Positions 28,662-38,850 of a stretch of DNA of 64,000 nucleotides are shown here, in pieces (the stretch's first letter is position 1; the number at the start of each line of letters is the position of its first letter). Origin of the DNA: an uncultured delta proteobacterium (GTDB lineage: Bacteria > Myxococcota > Myxococcia > Myxococcales > Myxococcaceae); assembly GCA_963776345.1 (NCBI GenBank), contig CAVZMH010000016.1, positions 192,001 through 256,000 on the forward strand, written 5' to 3'. Under the pieces are notes generated by a model. The model was given only the letters and a program-made list of their open reading frames with translations. It was not told the DNA's origin and made no database searches. Made by a program: the position numbers and the translations under genes.

Positions 28662-29606
28662 ATGCATCCGATCGCACGGGCCCTGGTCGCATTGAGCCTG
28701 GTGACTGCGGCCAGCGCGGGCGCAGTCGTCGAGGAGATTCCGGCCACCCCACCCCGTCGGAGCCTCGGCGCCCACCTCTTCATCCCCCGCGAAGGGGTCA
28801 CCGATCCGTTCACCGCGAGCTTCGTCGCCAGCAGCTCCGGCGTCGCCTCCGGAAGCGCGAACGGACCAACCTTCGACCTCAATGGCAAGCCGCTGAACAT
28901 CGAGGACTACAAGATCCTCTCCTACTCGCAGCTCTTCACCGGCCAGTGGGGGATCGCCGATTTCTGGGCGTTGCGCTTGCGGATGCTGGGCAGCGTCTAC
29001 ACCGGGACCAACACCCCCGCGGTCGTGGGGGTGGGAGTGAACGGGCTGGTCCGCGGCGGCGTGGGGACGACCTTCGGCTTCCAGATCGCGGACAACCTGC
29101 GGCTGGGCGCGGCGATCGACGTGGCCTGGGGTCCATCGGTGGCGGTCAGCATCCTGGACTCGATCCGCCAGAGCATCTCCGCCGGGAGCGTGCAGACCCC
29201 GGTGACGAGCTCGTACTCCACCACCGTCACCCCGACCCTCTCCCTGGCCTGGGCGATCGCCCGCGGCTGGGGCGCCCTGTTCAACGTCACCTACGCCAAC
29301 GGCGTGGTGGAGGTGAACCAGGCGAGCACCGACGCCGACATGTTCATCCTCCAGGGAGCGCTGGACGTCGATCTCCGCGAGCTCGGCAGCATCCCCCTCG
29401 GGATCGCGGCTGACTACAGTGCCGGCTACAGCACGGGGAGGGAGCGCTTCCGGCGCTACGTCGCCGGACTTGGCTTCTTCTACACCGGCCGGCCGGGGCT
29501 CACCGTGGGACTGGACCTCGCCTACCGCCGCGCGCCGCTCGGGACTCACGACGTCTTCGTCACCTCGTTCTCGGGCACCTTCTCGCTTCGCTTCACCTTC
29601 GACTGA
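28662..29606 (+). CDS. Hypothetical outer-membrane beta-barrel protein
   Basis: GGAGG RBS; signal peptide MHPIARALVALSLVTAASAGA; amphipathic strands; ends FSLRFTFD. Confidence 0.72.
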   Translation: MHPIARALVALSLVTAASAGAVVEEIPATPPRRSLGAHLFIPREGVTDPFTASFVASSSGVASGSANGPTFDLNGKPLNIEDYKILSYSQLFTGQWGIADFWALRLRMLGSVYTGTNTPAVVGVGVNGLVRGGVGTTFGFQIADNLRLGAAIDVAWGPSVAVSILDSIRQSISAGSVQTPVTSSYSTTVTPTLSLAWAIARGWGALFNVTYANGVVEVNQASTDADMFILQGALDVDLRELGSIPLGIAADYSAGYSTGRERFRRYVAGLGFFYTGRPGLTVGLDLAYRRAPLGTHDVFVTSFSGTFSLRFTFD

Positions 29607-29665
29607 GGGTACGACGAAGGTCTCACTTGGTCTGCACCGCGAGACTGGCTGCAGACTGGAGAAAT

Positions 29666-30263
29666 ATGAAGATCCCTCTTGCGGCGTTGACGACGCTCCT
29701 GCTCCTGGGCTGTGCGGCCACCAAGATCGAGAACACCTGGAAGGCGAACGAGCCGCCCTCGCAGCCGATCCAGCGGTTCGCAGTCTTCGCGGTGACCGGC
29801 TCTCCCTCGGGCCGGATCGCCTACGAGGACACGCTGACCACAGCGGCTCAAGGAGGCCGGGCTCCCCGCCGTCCCCGGGTACGACCTGGTCACCTACGAC
29901 GAGCACCCCTCGAAGGAGGAGGTGCTCCACCGGCTCGAGGAGAAGAACATCGACGGCGCGCTGGTGAGCCGGGTCGATCGACGGACCACCAAGACCGAGT
30001 CCACTCCGGTCTGGGTGGGCGGGGGCTACTCGGTCGGCTTCTACGACTACTACTACACCCCCGTGGCCATGGGCACGTACACCACCGAGTCCAACGAGTT
30101 CGTCATCGAGACCGTCCTCTACAGTCTCCGCGACAACCGGCCGTACTGGATGGCCCGGAGCAACACCAGCCGGACCGACCCGACCAAGTTCGCCCAGGAC
30201 ATCGCCAAGCCGGTGGCGGACTCTCTCAAGGAGTCGGGACTCTTCGGCCCCCCCGGGCGCTAG
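29666..30263 (+). CDS. DUF4136-like lipoprotein; frameshift near 29845
   Basis: Lipobox LLLGC; IENTWK..RIAYED..; continues in the next frame as IDGALVSR, Tyr-rich GFYDYYY, IETVLYSL..WMARS. Confidence 0.7.
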
Positions 30264-31045
30264 AAGCGGACCGAGAGGCCGCCGGTGAAGTCGAACTGGG
30301 CGAAGGGAATCCCGCCCGAGAGGCCCACGGCGGTGCCTCCCGTCCCCACCCAGAAGGCGCCGCCGGTGAAGTAGACCGGCACCAGGGCCCGCGCCTCGAA
30401 GCGGAGCCCCACGTTGTCGGTCAGCCACACCTTGAGCCCCAGGCCGGCGGTGAACGCGAACTGCACGCTGTCCGAGGCGCTGTAGGTGGTGCCGTCCTGG
30501 AGCCGGAGCTGGTCGGGATGGATGATCACCATCCCCGCGGTGATCGCCCCGAACGGCTCGATGCGCCCCATCGGCCGGCTCACCTGGCCGCCGAGCTGGA
30601 TCCAGTGCAGCCCGACGGAGGTCGAGTCGCTGTTGGAGACGCCCGTGGAGAAGGAGGCGAAGCGCGCCTTGGTCGGCACGTATGCGTAGAGCAGCTCGAC
30701 CGCGTAGCCGGGCCGGATCGAGTAGTCGATGGTCCCTCCGTAATCCATCGAGCCATCGATGATGACGCTCCCGTTGTAGCTGCTGGCGTCCGTCGAGACC
30801 TGCCAGCCCACGAAGCCCCCGAGCTCGAACTGCGGCGCGGGTGGCGGTGGCGGGGGGGTGTAGGTGGGTGGGCCGTAGCTCGGCTGCGCGTAGGCGGGCG
30901 GTGGAGTTGCCGGCGCCCCGTACGGATTCGGCGGAGGCGTCGGGAGGTAGCCGGGAGGCGGCGTCACCTGCGCCCGGGCGGCCCCGGCGATCAGCAGCGT
31001 CCCCAGCAGCACCCATCGAAACGGCAGATCGATCGTCCGACGCAT
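30260..31045 (-). CDS. Small outer-membrane beta-barrel with Pro-rich N-terminus
   Basis: Signal peptide ending ARA-Q, Pro-rich linker, ~8 amphipathic strands, ends GLSVRF. Confidence 0.8.
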   Translation of the reverse strand: MRRTIDLPFRWVLLGTLLIAGAARAQVTPPPGYLPTPPPNPYGAPATPPPAYAQPSYGPPTYTPPPPPPAPQFELGGFVGWQVSTDASSYNGSVIIDGSMDYGGTIDYSIRPGYAVELLYAYVPTKARFASFSTGVSNSDSTSVGLHWIQLGGQVSRPMGRIEPFGAITAGMVIIHPDQLRLQDGTTYSASDSVQFAFTAGLGLKVWLTDNVGLRFEARALVPVYFTGGAFWVGTGGTAVGLSGGIPFAQFDFTGGLSVRF

Positions 31046-31102
31046 GGTTCGTCGCTCCTCGGTTCAGCGCCACCTTGTCCGACCAGGAGGCCGGCCGCAC
31101 AG

Positions 31103-31141
31103 TGGACCTTGGTCCCCGGCGGTTGGACCTTGGTCTCATTG
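31103..31141 (+). promoter_or_regulatory. Tandem copies of the GGACCTTGGTC(TCATTG) motif
   Basis: TGGACCTTGGTC at 31103 and the full 17-mer at 31125-31141; the two copies are 21 bp apart in a divergent promoter region. Confidence 0.8.
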
Positions 31142-31191
31142 ATCGTCGCACCCTCCGGCGGGACGACGGACTCCGTGCCGCCGGGGAGAGC

Positions 31192-32076
31192 ATGAGCCAT
31201 CGACACACCGGCACCGGGATGGGACTGGTGCTCGCCGCCGGAGCGCTCTCCCTGGCCTGCGCCCATGCTCCCCAGACCCCGCCCGCTGCCGAGCAGACCG
31301 AGGAGCGGAGGCTGGCGGTCGCCGAGGGGTGGCTCCTCGGAAGCGCCCTGGGCCTCGGCCGTGCCCTCCCAGTGGCCTTCGTGCACGGGGTGGGCGGGAA
31401 CCACCACTTCTTCGACCCGCAACTTCAAGACTTCCGGAGCGGGCGGCGGGTCCTGGCCTTCGACCAGCGGGGCTGCGGCGGGAGCGCGGACGCGCCGCGG
31501 GGCGACTACACCCTGGACACCCGGGTTCGGGATCTGGGCGCAGTGCTCGACGTGGTGCGCTTCGACAGCGTGGTCCTCGTCGGCCACGGGACCGGCGCGC
31601 AGGTGATGGCCCGCTACGCCGAGCTCAACCCGGCGCGGGTGCGGGGGCTGGTGCTGATCAACCCGGTGAGCGGCAATCTCCAGGCGGCACGCGTCGCCGA
31701 CCTCCCGGACGCCGAGTTCCGGCCTGCGCTCGACGGCTGGCTCGAGACGCTGCTCCGGCAGGCGGCGCCGGAGACCCGGGCGAAGGTGTCGGAGTCGGGC
31801 AGAGAGGCCCGGATCCCCGCGATGCGGGCGATGCTGGCCGATGCGGCCGGGACGGACCTCGCGGGTAGCCTGGCCACTTACCCCGGGCCGGTGCTCATCC
31901 TGGCGGCCCCGGACGAGCCGCTGCCCGGCCCGCTCCGGCCGGGCATCGAGACGCGGCGCCTCTCCGGAGGGAGCCACTGGTCGCCGCTCGACGCCCCGGA
32001 CGAGGTGAACGCGGCCCTGCGGGAGTTCCTCAAGCCGCTCGACGCCGCCGCGGTGAAGAAGCGCAAGTCCGGATGA
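31192..32076 (+). CDS. Alpha/beta-hydrolase fold lipoprotein lacking the nucleophile Ser
   Basis: Lipobox LSLAC; FVHGVGG, DQRGCGGS, GHGTG in place of GHSxG; C-terminal SHW His. Confidence 0.82.
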   Translation: MSHRHTGTGMGLVLAAGALSLACAHAPQTPPAAEQTEERRLAVAEGWLLGSALGLGRALPVAFVHGVGGNHHFFDPQLQDFRSGRRVLAFDQRGCGGSADAPRGDYTLDTRVRDLGAVLDVVRFDSVVLVGHGTGAQVMARYAELNPARVRGLVLINPVSGNLQAARVADLPDAEFRPALDGWLETLLRQAAPETRAKVSESGREARIPAMRAMLADAAGTDLAGSLATYPGPVLILAAPDEPLPGPLRPGIETRRLSGGSHWSPLDAPDEVNAALREFLKPLDAAAVKKRKSG

Positions 32077-33716
32077 GGGCACGGGAGAGAGGCTCTGGCA
32101 CAATGGGCGCGATGAGGGGACTGCACGCGGCGTTCCTGGGCATGTCGCTCACCGCGGCCGCTGGTCCGACGGATTCCGGGGCCACGCTCGAGGTGGCCAA
32201 CCGCCGGGTGTTCACCTTCCGCGCCACCGCGGCCGGGAGCAGCCCCGCCGAGCGGCTAGCAAACGCCCGCGCACGCCTCGAGCAGCTCCCCACGCGAGGG
32301 CCGTTGGAGATGGTCGAGACGCACCCGGTGCAGGTCGGGAGCGAGAAGGGCACCGCAGTCATGGTGGGGCCTCGCCTCGCCTTCGTCGTCGCCGAGGGCG
32401 ATGTTGACCGCGAGGCCGGAGAGACCACCGAGGGGGTCGCGCGCCAGGTGGCGCGGACGCTGTCGGAGGCGCTCGGCGCGGAGCGGGAGCAGCGCTCGGT
32501 GCGCCTGCTGCTCCGCTCGGTGCTCCGGGCGGTGCTGGGAACGCTCGTGGCCGCAGGGCTGCTCTGGCTCTTCATCCGGGGCAGGCGCGCCGCCCTCGGC
32601 GGTGTGGCCCGGATCAGCCGGCGCGAGGGCTTCCGGCTCTGGGGCATCGACTTCGGGCCGATCATCCGCTCGGCCCTCCGCGGTCTGACATTCGTCGTCT
32701 TCTGGGCCCTGGTTCTCTCGGCGACCGAGATCTGGGTCACCTATGTCCTCTCGGTCTTCCCGCTCACCCGCCCATGGTCCAACGCGCTCCTGGGCAGCGT
32801 CCTGAAGCTGCTCGCCCGCCTGGGGAAGTCGCTCCTCGGCGGGCTGCCGGACCTCGTGACCGCCGTGGCCATCCTGCTCATCGGAAGGGCCGTGGCGGGG
32901 TTCTTCTCCACCGTGGTGCAACGGGTCGAGGAGGGCACGAGCGTCGTGCCCGGCATCTACCCGGAGACCGCCGGAGCCACCCGGCGGCTGCTGGTGGGGG
33001 CGGTGTGGCTGGTCACCATCGCCGCGGCCTACCCCTACCTGCCTGGCTCGGGCTCCGAGGCCTTCAAGGGCCTGAGTCTGGTCGTGGGCCTCGGCCTCTC
33101 GCTCGGCTCCACCGGCATCGTGGCGCAGGCGATGAGCGGGCTGGTGGTCATCTACTCCCGGGCGCTCTCGCGTGGGGACTGCGTGCGGATCGGCGAGACG
33201 GAGGGAGTGGTGACCGAGGTCCACATCCTCTCCACGCGTCTGGTCACCATCCAAGGGGAGGAGGTCACCATCCCCAACACCGTGGTGGTGAACGGGCCGG
33301 TGAAGAACTTCGGCCGCGCGCGAGCGGGCCAGGGCGCGCTGGTCTCGGCCAGGGTGAGCATCGGGTATGACGCCCCGTGGCGGCAGGTCCACGCCCTCCT
33401 TCTCGGGGCCGCGAAGGAGACCGCCGGGCTGCGGTCCGAGCCCGCCCCATACGTCCTGCAGCGCGCGCTCGACGACTTCTACGTCCAGTACGAGCTGATC
33501 GCCGCGGTGGAGAAACCGGTCGACCGGCCCCTGGTCGCCTCGGCGCTGCACGCGCGCATCCAGGACGCGTTCAACGCCGCGGGGGTGCAGATCATGTCCC
33601 CCCACTTCGCGCTCCAGCCACGCAACCCGGTGCTCGGCGCCGCTCCGGTCAAGGAGGGCGCGGTGGAGGAGGCGCGGCCGGACCGCCCCGCCGCAGCGAC
33701 CGGCCCCGGCCGCTGA
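32073..33716 (+). CDS. MscS-family mechanosensitive channel with periplasmic N-terminal domain
   Basis: AYPYLPGSGSEAFKG, GDCVRIGETEGVV, EVTIPN, IGYDAPWRQV, GVQIMSPH. Confidence 0.9.
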   Translation: MRARERGSGTMGAMRGLHAAFLGMSLTAAAGPTDSGATLEVANRRVFTFRATAAGSSPAERLANARARLEQLPTRGPLEMVETHPVQVGSEKGTAVMVGPRLAFVVAEGDVDREAGETTEGVARQVARTLSEALGAEREQRSVRLLLRSVLRAVLGTLVAAGLLWLFIRGRRAALGGVARISRREGFRLWGIDFGPIIRSALRGLTFVVFWALVLSATEIWVTYVLSVFPLTRPWSNALLGSVLKLLARLGKSLLGGLPDLVTAVAILLIGRAVAGFFSTVVQRVEEGTSVVPGIYPETAGATRRLLVGAVWLVTIAAAYPYLPGSGSEAFKGLSLVVGLGLSLGSTGIVAQAMSGLVVIYSRALSRGDCVRIGETEGVVTEVHILSTRLVTIQGEEVTIPNTVVVNGPVKNFGRARAGQGALVSARVSIGYDAPWRQVHALLLGAAKETAGLRSEPAPYVLQRALDDFYVQYELIAAVEKPVDRPLVASALHARIQDAFNAAGVQIMSPHFALQPRNPVLGAAPVKEGAVEEARPDRPAAATGPGR

Positions 33717-33739
33717 CCACGGCGAGGCCCGGGGGGGAT

Positions 33740-36491
33740 TCAGCTCCCTGAGAATCTTGAGCACCTGCTCCTCGACACGGGGCGCGTAGAGCTTCTCCTC
33801 GGTGAGGGACCCGTCGAGCTGGATCACCCGGGCGATGGTTCCGGTCCAACCGGTCTGATGGCTCGCGCCGACGCCCGCGCCGTTGTCGCCGTGGAAGTAC
33901 TCGTAGAACAGGACGCAGTCGCGCCAGTGCGGATCGTTCTGGAACTTCTCCGATCCGCCGAACACCGGCCGCTTGCCGGAGGGGTCGCGCAGGAAGGTCC
34001 GGATCAGCCGCTCGGCGAGCTCGTGCGCCACCCCGAAGAGCGTGAGCTCCTTCCCCGAGCCGGTGGGACACTCCACCTTGAACGTGTCGCCGTAGTACGC
34101 GCCGAGCCGGAGCAGCGCGGCCCAGAGCAGGAGGTTCACCGGCATCCATACCGGTCCTCGCCAGTTGGAGTTTCCGCCGAACATCCCGCTGTCGGAATCA
34201 CCCGGGACGTAGCCCACCCGGAACTCCTGGCCACCGTGCTGGAACACGTAGGGATGCTCGAGGTGGTGACGCGAGAGGGCACGGATGCCGTGGGGACCGA
34301 GGAATTCCTTCTCGTCCAGCATCCGGCTCAGGATCCGGCGGAGCTTCTTCTCGTCGACGATGGAGACCATCCTCCGGCCGCCGACACCGGGCTCCGACGG
34401 CATGTGAATGTTGGCCGCGAGCTCGGGGTGACGGGGAACGAATTTCCAGGCGTTCTTCCTGAAGGTCGGCAGCCGCGCGAGGATGTCCTCGTCGAAGATC
34501 GCCACCGCACCCAGCGGCAGGAGACCCACCATGGAGCGGACCTTCAGCCGGGTGGCGCTCCCGTCCGGGAGCCGGAGGACGTCGTAGAAGAACCCGTCCT
34601 CCTCGTCCCACATGTCGTCGTGGTTCTCGCCCACCCGGTCCATGGCCGCCGAGATCCACAGGGTGTGCTCGAAGAACTTGCTGACGAACTCCTCGTAGGC
34701 CGGATTGTGCAGCGCCAGCTCCACGGCGATCCGCAGCATCTGCTGGCTGAAGAAGACCATCCAGGCGGTGCCGTCCGCCTGCTCCAGCGATCCGCCGGTG
34801 GGCAGCGGCGAGCTCCGGTCGAACACGCCGATGTTGTCCAGGCCGAGAAAGCCCCCCTCGAAGACGTTGTTCCCGCTGCGGTCCTTCCGGTTCACCCACC
34901 AGGTGAAGTTCACCAGCAGCTTGGAGAAGGCGTAGCCCAGGAAGGCGATGTCTCCCTTCCCGCCGTTCCGCTCCTTGTCCTGCAGGTAGACCTGCATCGT
35001 GGCGTGAGCGTGGACCGGCGGATTCACGTCGCCGAAGTTCCACTCGTACGCCGGCATCTGGCCGTTGGGATGCAGGTAGTCGTTCCGCAGCATGAGATCG
35101 AGCTGGGACTTGGCGAAGTCAGGGTCCACCATCGCCAGCGGGATCACGTGGAACGCCAGGTCCCAGGCCGCGTACCAGGGGTACTCCCACTTGTCCGGCA
35201 TGGAGATGATGTCGTCGTTCAGCATGTGGAACCACTCGGCGTTCCGCACTCGCTGCCGCAGCGCGGGGGGTGTGCCTGGGTCCACCCGGTGCTCCTTGAG
35301 CCAGGTCGAGAGGTCGTAGTGGAAGTACTGCTTGCTCCAGAGCATGCCGGCCAGCGCTTGCCGCATCACCCGCGCCCGGTCGGGGTCGCCCTTCACCGCC
35401 GGGGGGGTGATGGAGTCGTAGAAGGCATCGGCCTCGCGCAGGCGCTGGTCGAAGACGCCATCGAGGTCCTGGAAGGGCGCCGGGGTCTGCGCCGGGGCGC
35501 TCGGGGTGAGCCGCAGCCTGACGGTCCGGGTCTGGCCCGGGCCGACGGTGAGCGGGAGGTGCGCCGCGACCTTGGTGCCGCGCGCCGCCGGGTTCACCGC
35601 GTCCGTCCGGCCGTGGACCAGGAAGTCGTTGATCCCGTCCTTCACGTACGGGGAGACGTTGGGCTGTCCCCAGAGCCGCTGGTGATTGGTCTCGTTCTCG
35701 GTGAAGAGCAGCGTGGGCTTGCCGTCGCAGTACAGGAAGTGGTCGGGCAGCGACTCCTGGGAGGGCGAGACGGCGGGGTGCGCGGCGACCACGCTCGCGC
35801 CGGGATGCGGCACGCGCTCGAGGAGGGGCTTGCTGCCGTCGCTCCAGGACCAGGTGTTCCGGAACCACAGGGTGGGGAGCAGGTGGACCGTCGCCGCCTC
35901 CGGGCCGCGGTTGGCGACGTGGATCCGCACCAGGATGTCCTCCGGGCCCGCCTTGGCGTACTCGACGAAGACGTCGAAGTAGCGGTCCTCGGCGAAGGCG
36001 CCGGTGTCCAGCAGCTCGTATTCGAGCTCCTGCTTTCCGCGCGATCCGTTGGTGCGGACCAGGTCCTCGTACGGGAACCGGCGCTGCGGATACTTGTAGA
36101 GGTACTTCATGTACGAGTGCGTCGGAGTGCTGTCGAGGTAGAAGTAATATTCCTTCACGTCCTCGCCGTGGTTGCCCTCGCTGTTGGTGAGGCCGAAGAG
36201 CCGCTCCTTGACGATCGGATCGCGGCCGTTCCAGAGCGCGAGCGCGAAGCAGAGCCGCTGCTTGCTGTCCGAGATTCCCGCCAGACCGTCCTCGCCCCAG
36301 CGGTACGCGCGCGAGCGCGCCTGGTCGTGGGTGAAGTAGTTCCAGGCGTTCCCGTCCTCGCTGTAGTCCTCGCGGACGGTGCCCCACTGCCGTTCGCTGA
36401 GGTAAGGGCCCCACTGCTTCCAGTCGGCCCTTCCGCTGCGGCAGTCCTCGAGCCGGGCCTGTTCCGCATCGACGCGCTTGTCGGCCATCAT
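33740..36491 (-). CDS. MGH1-like/GH63-type glucosidase; 3' end approximate
   Basis: [67 protein letters not shown]. The ORF reads through antisense to mscS; a TGA at 33740-33742 in the adjacent frame is the probable true stop. Confidence 0.88.
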
Positions 36492-36504
36492 TCTCTCCCC
36501 CCCG

Positions 36505-37317
36505 TCAGTACCGCGCCGGGACGAAGCGCCGGCCCTTCAGCGAGGCGCGATCGTCGTAGGCGTGCTTCTTCGACCGATCGGGCAGTTCCACCTTCTCGCG
36601 CGGAACCTTCCCGTAGGGGATCTGCCCGAGGAGGTGGTGGATGACGTTGAGCCGGGCGCGCTTCTTGTCGTCCGAGGGCACGATCAACCACGGGGAGGCC
36701 TTCGAATCGCTGGCGGCGAGCATCGCGTCCCGCGCCCGGGAGTACTCGAACCACCTGGTCCGCGACGGAAGGTCTGTCTTGCTCAGCTTCCACTGCCGCA
36801 ACGGGTCGTGGATGCGGGCCTTGAACCGCTTCGCCTGCTCGTCGTTGCTTACCTCGAGCCAGTACTTGAGGAGGATGATGCCGCTCTCGAGCAGGATCCG
36901 CTCGAACGCCGGGACCAGCTCCAGGAAGCGGTCGCGCTGGGCTGGGGTGCAGAAGCCCAGCACGTACTCGACGCCCGCCCGGTTGTACCAGCTGCGATCG
37001 AAGATCACGACCTCGCCCGCCGCCGGCATGTGAGGCAGGTACCGCTGGGCGTACATCTGCGACTTCTCGCGGTCCGAGGGAGCCGGCAGCGCGATGACCC
37101 GGAACACCCGGGGGCTCACCCGCTCGGTGATCGCCTTGATGGTCCCGCCCTTCCCTGCCCCGTCGCGACCCTCAAAGACCAGTACGACCTTGAGTCCCTT
37201 GTACTTGACCCACTCTTGAAGCTTGCAGAGCTCCGCCTGCAGCTTGAGCAATTCCTTCCGGTATTTCTTCCCACTCAGCTTCTCTTCTGCCGATTCACCT
37301 GCAACGGACCTGGGCAT
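36505..37317 (-). CDS. ppk2: Polyphosphate kinase 2
   Basis: FEGRDGAGKGG Walker A, DRSWYNRAGVE, WKLS..D, SDDKKRARLN. Confidence 0.95.
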   Translation of the reverse strand: MPRSVAGESAEEKLSGKKYRKELLKLQAELCKLQEWVKYKGLKVVLVFEGRDGAGKGGTIKAITERVSPRVFRVIALPAPSDREKSQMYAQRYLPHMPAAGEVVIFDRSWYNRAGVEYVLGFCTPAQRDRFLELVPAFERILLESGIILLKYWLEVSNDEQAKRFKARIHDPLRQWKLSKTDLPSRTRWFEYSRARDAMLAASDSKASPWLIVPSDDKKRARLNVIHHLLGQIPYGKVPREKVELPDRSKKHAYDDRASLKGRRFVPARY

Positions 37318-37433
37318 GGCCGGCATTGAGGCGCAGCCCGGGGCCCCGGGCCATACGACCATCGTCCACTGTGGCCGCCTCCGAGCAGGGACTTACACTT
37401 ACAGCCTTGCTGACACCCGAGGGAGGTGCGCCC

Positions 37434-38843
37434 ATGGCTCGCAAGGAATCGTCTGCCCCGTCTTCGACCTGGGTGACTTGCACCGAGCTGCTGCTCGAGC
37501 TGGTCCGGCTCGACACTGCCTACGGCGACCTCTACCGCCAGCGCGCCCGCCAGCTCGCCGCCAAGGAGTTCTCGGCCTCGGACTTCAAGGCGCTGCAGAA
37601 CGCCGAGCAGGCCCTCCAGTCGCTCCCTGGAGACATCCGGCGGGCGATGGACGACGGCAAGTGGGAGCAGGTCAAGAAGCTGACCGACGAGCTCGGCGGC
37701 AAGCAGCGCTTCGTCCAGGAGCGTGGCTCGCTCCGCAAGTGCGGCGAGCGGCTGTACGAGGACGAGGCGATCCACGTCGACCCGTTCTCTCCGGGGTTCT
37801 ACTGGTACCACCGCCGCGAGGAGCGTTCCTTGCCGGGCCTCCGGGACGACGCGGTCAGCAAGCTGCAGCAGGCCGCCCGGATCGACCCGGAGTGGAAGCC
37901 GCTCTACGAGGATCGTGAGAAGTGTCTCAAGGCCGTGCGTCTGGCCGAGCCGTCGGCGAGCGCGTCCGCCGCCAAGGGCCGGGGTGAGATGGAGCAGCGG
38001 GCCCGCGAGGCACTCGCCTCCGGCAACCTCGAGGAGCTCCAGAAACTCGCCGGCAGCCTCGAGCAGGGAGGCGGCGGAGCGGCCGGACCGGGCACCGCCG
38101 AGGCGACGGAGGACGTGGAGCGGGAGCCGCTCCGGGCGCAGTTCACCCCCGAAACGCTGCAGAAGGCGAAGGCCCTGGGGCTCGAGCCCGAGCTTTTCGA
38201 GATCTCGAGCCTGCGCGCGAAGTCTCGCCCGCTTCTCCGCCACCTGTGGCACCCGGTCTTCTTCGAGGCGGAGGGCAACCTGGCGGGGGCCAGGGTCACC
38301 GCCGCACTGCCCAAGGACACCTCCGACGCACAGCGCGACCGCATCGTGATGTTCGTCACCCGGCCGGTGCTCAGCTCGGGCGGCGCGCGGTTCATCCCCC
38401 CGCTGGTGGATGAGGACATGCTGGTCGAGAGCTTCGAGGAGGGGCCGGCCGGCTCGGAGGTGGGGAAGAACGGGCTCGCCGAAGCCCTTGACCTGAATCG
38501 GCGCTGGGGGCTCCACCGGATGGAGATCGAGCGCACCCTGCAGAGCAAGGGGCCCGAGCTGGTGAAGTCGCTCGGGCTGGACCCCTGGAAGTACCGCTTG
38601 GTCTGCGTCCCGCCGGACGTCTTCGGCCCGCTCGGGCAGCGGCGCGGCTGGGGCAAGCAGGAGATCTGGACGCACCTCGACGGCTATCTCGCCACCCGCG
38701 AGCGCAAGCTCCTGGCCCTCGCCGGGGGCGACGTCCGCTACGGCGGCGTCATGGACATGGTGGGGGTCGGCATCGAGTACGACAGTGACCGTCTCCTGGT
38801 CCGCTTCGCCATCGTCGACCGGCGACGGATCCGGGCCTGGTGA
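37434..38843 (+). CDS. Hypothetical cytoplasmic protein (469 aa)
   Basis: GGAGG RBS, strong GC3 bias, natural amino-acid composition; no family recognised. Confidence 0.75.
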   Translation: MARKESSAPSSTWVTCTELLLELVRLDTAYGDLYRQRARQLAAKEFSASDFKALQNAEQALQSLPGDIRRAMDDGKWEQVKKLTDELGGKQRFVQERGSLRKCGERLYEDEAIHVDPFSPGFYWYHRREERSLPGLRDDAVSKLQQAARIDPEWKPLYEDREKCLKAVRLAEPSASASAAKGRGEMEQRAREALASGNLEELQKLAGSLEQGGGGAAGPGTAEATEDVEREPLRAQFTPETLQKAKALGLEPELFEISSLRAKSRPLLRHLWHPVFFEAEGNLAGARVTAALPKDTSDAQRDRIVMFVTRPVLSSGGARFIPPLVDEDMLVESFEEGPAGSEVGKNGLAEALDLNRRWGLHRMEIERTLQSKGPELVKSLGLDPWKYRLVCVPPDVFGPLGQRRGWGKQEIWTHLDGYLATRERKLLALAGGDVRYGGVMDMVGVGIEYDSDRLLVRFAIVDRRRIRAW

Positions 38844-38850
38844 ACCGCGC

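Noticed and set aside
32256..33740. 1411-aa glucosidase ORF overlapping mscS antisense by ~1.5 kb
   Set aside because: The extension is the stop-free antisense shadow of a high-GC gene; family motifs end near 33850 and a stop lies one frame away at 33740-33742.
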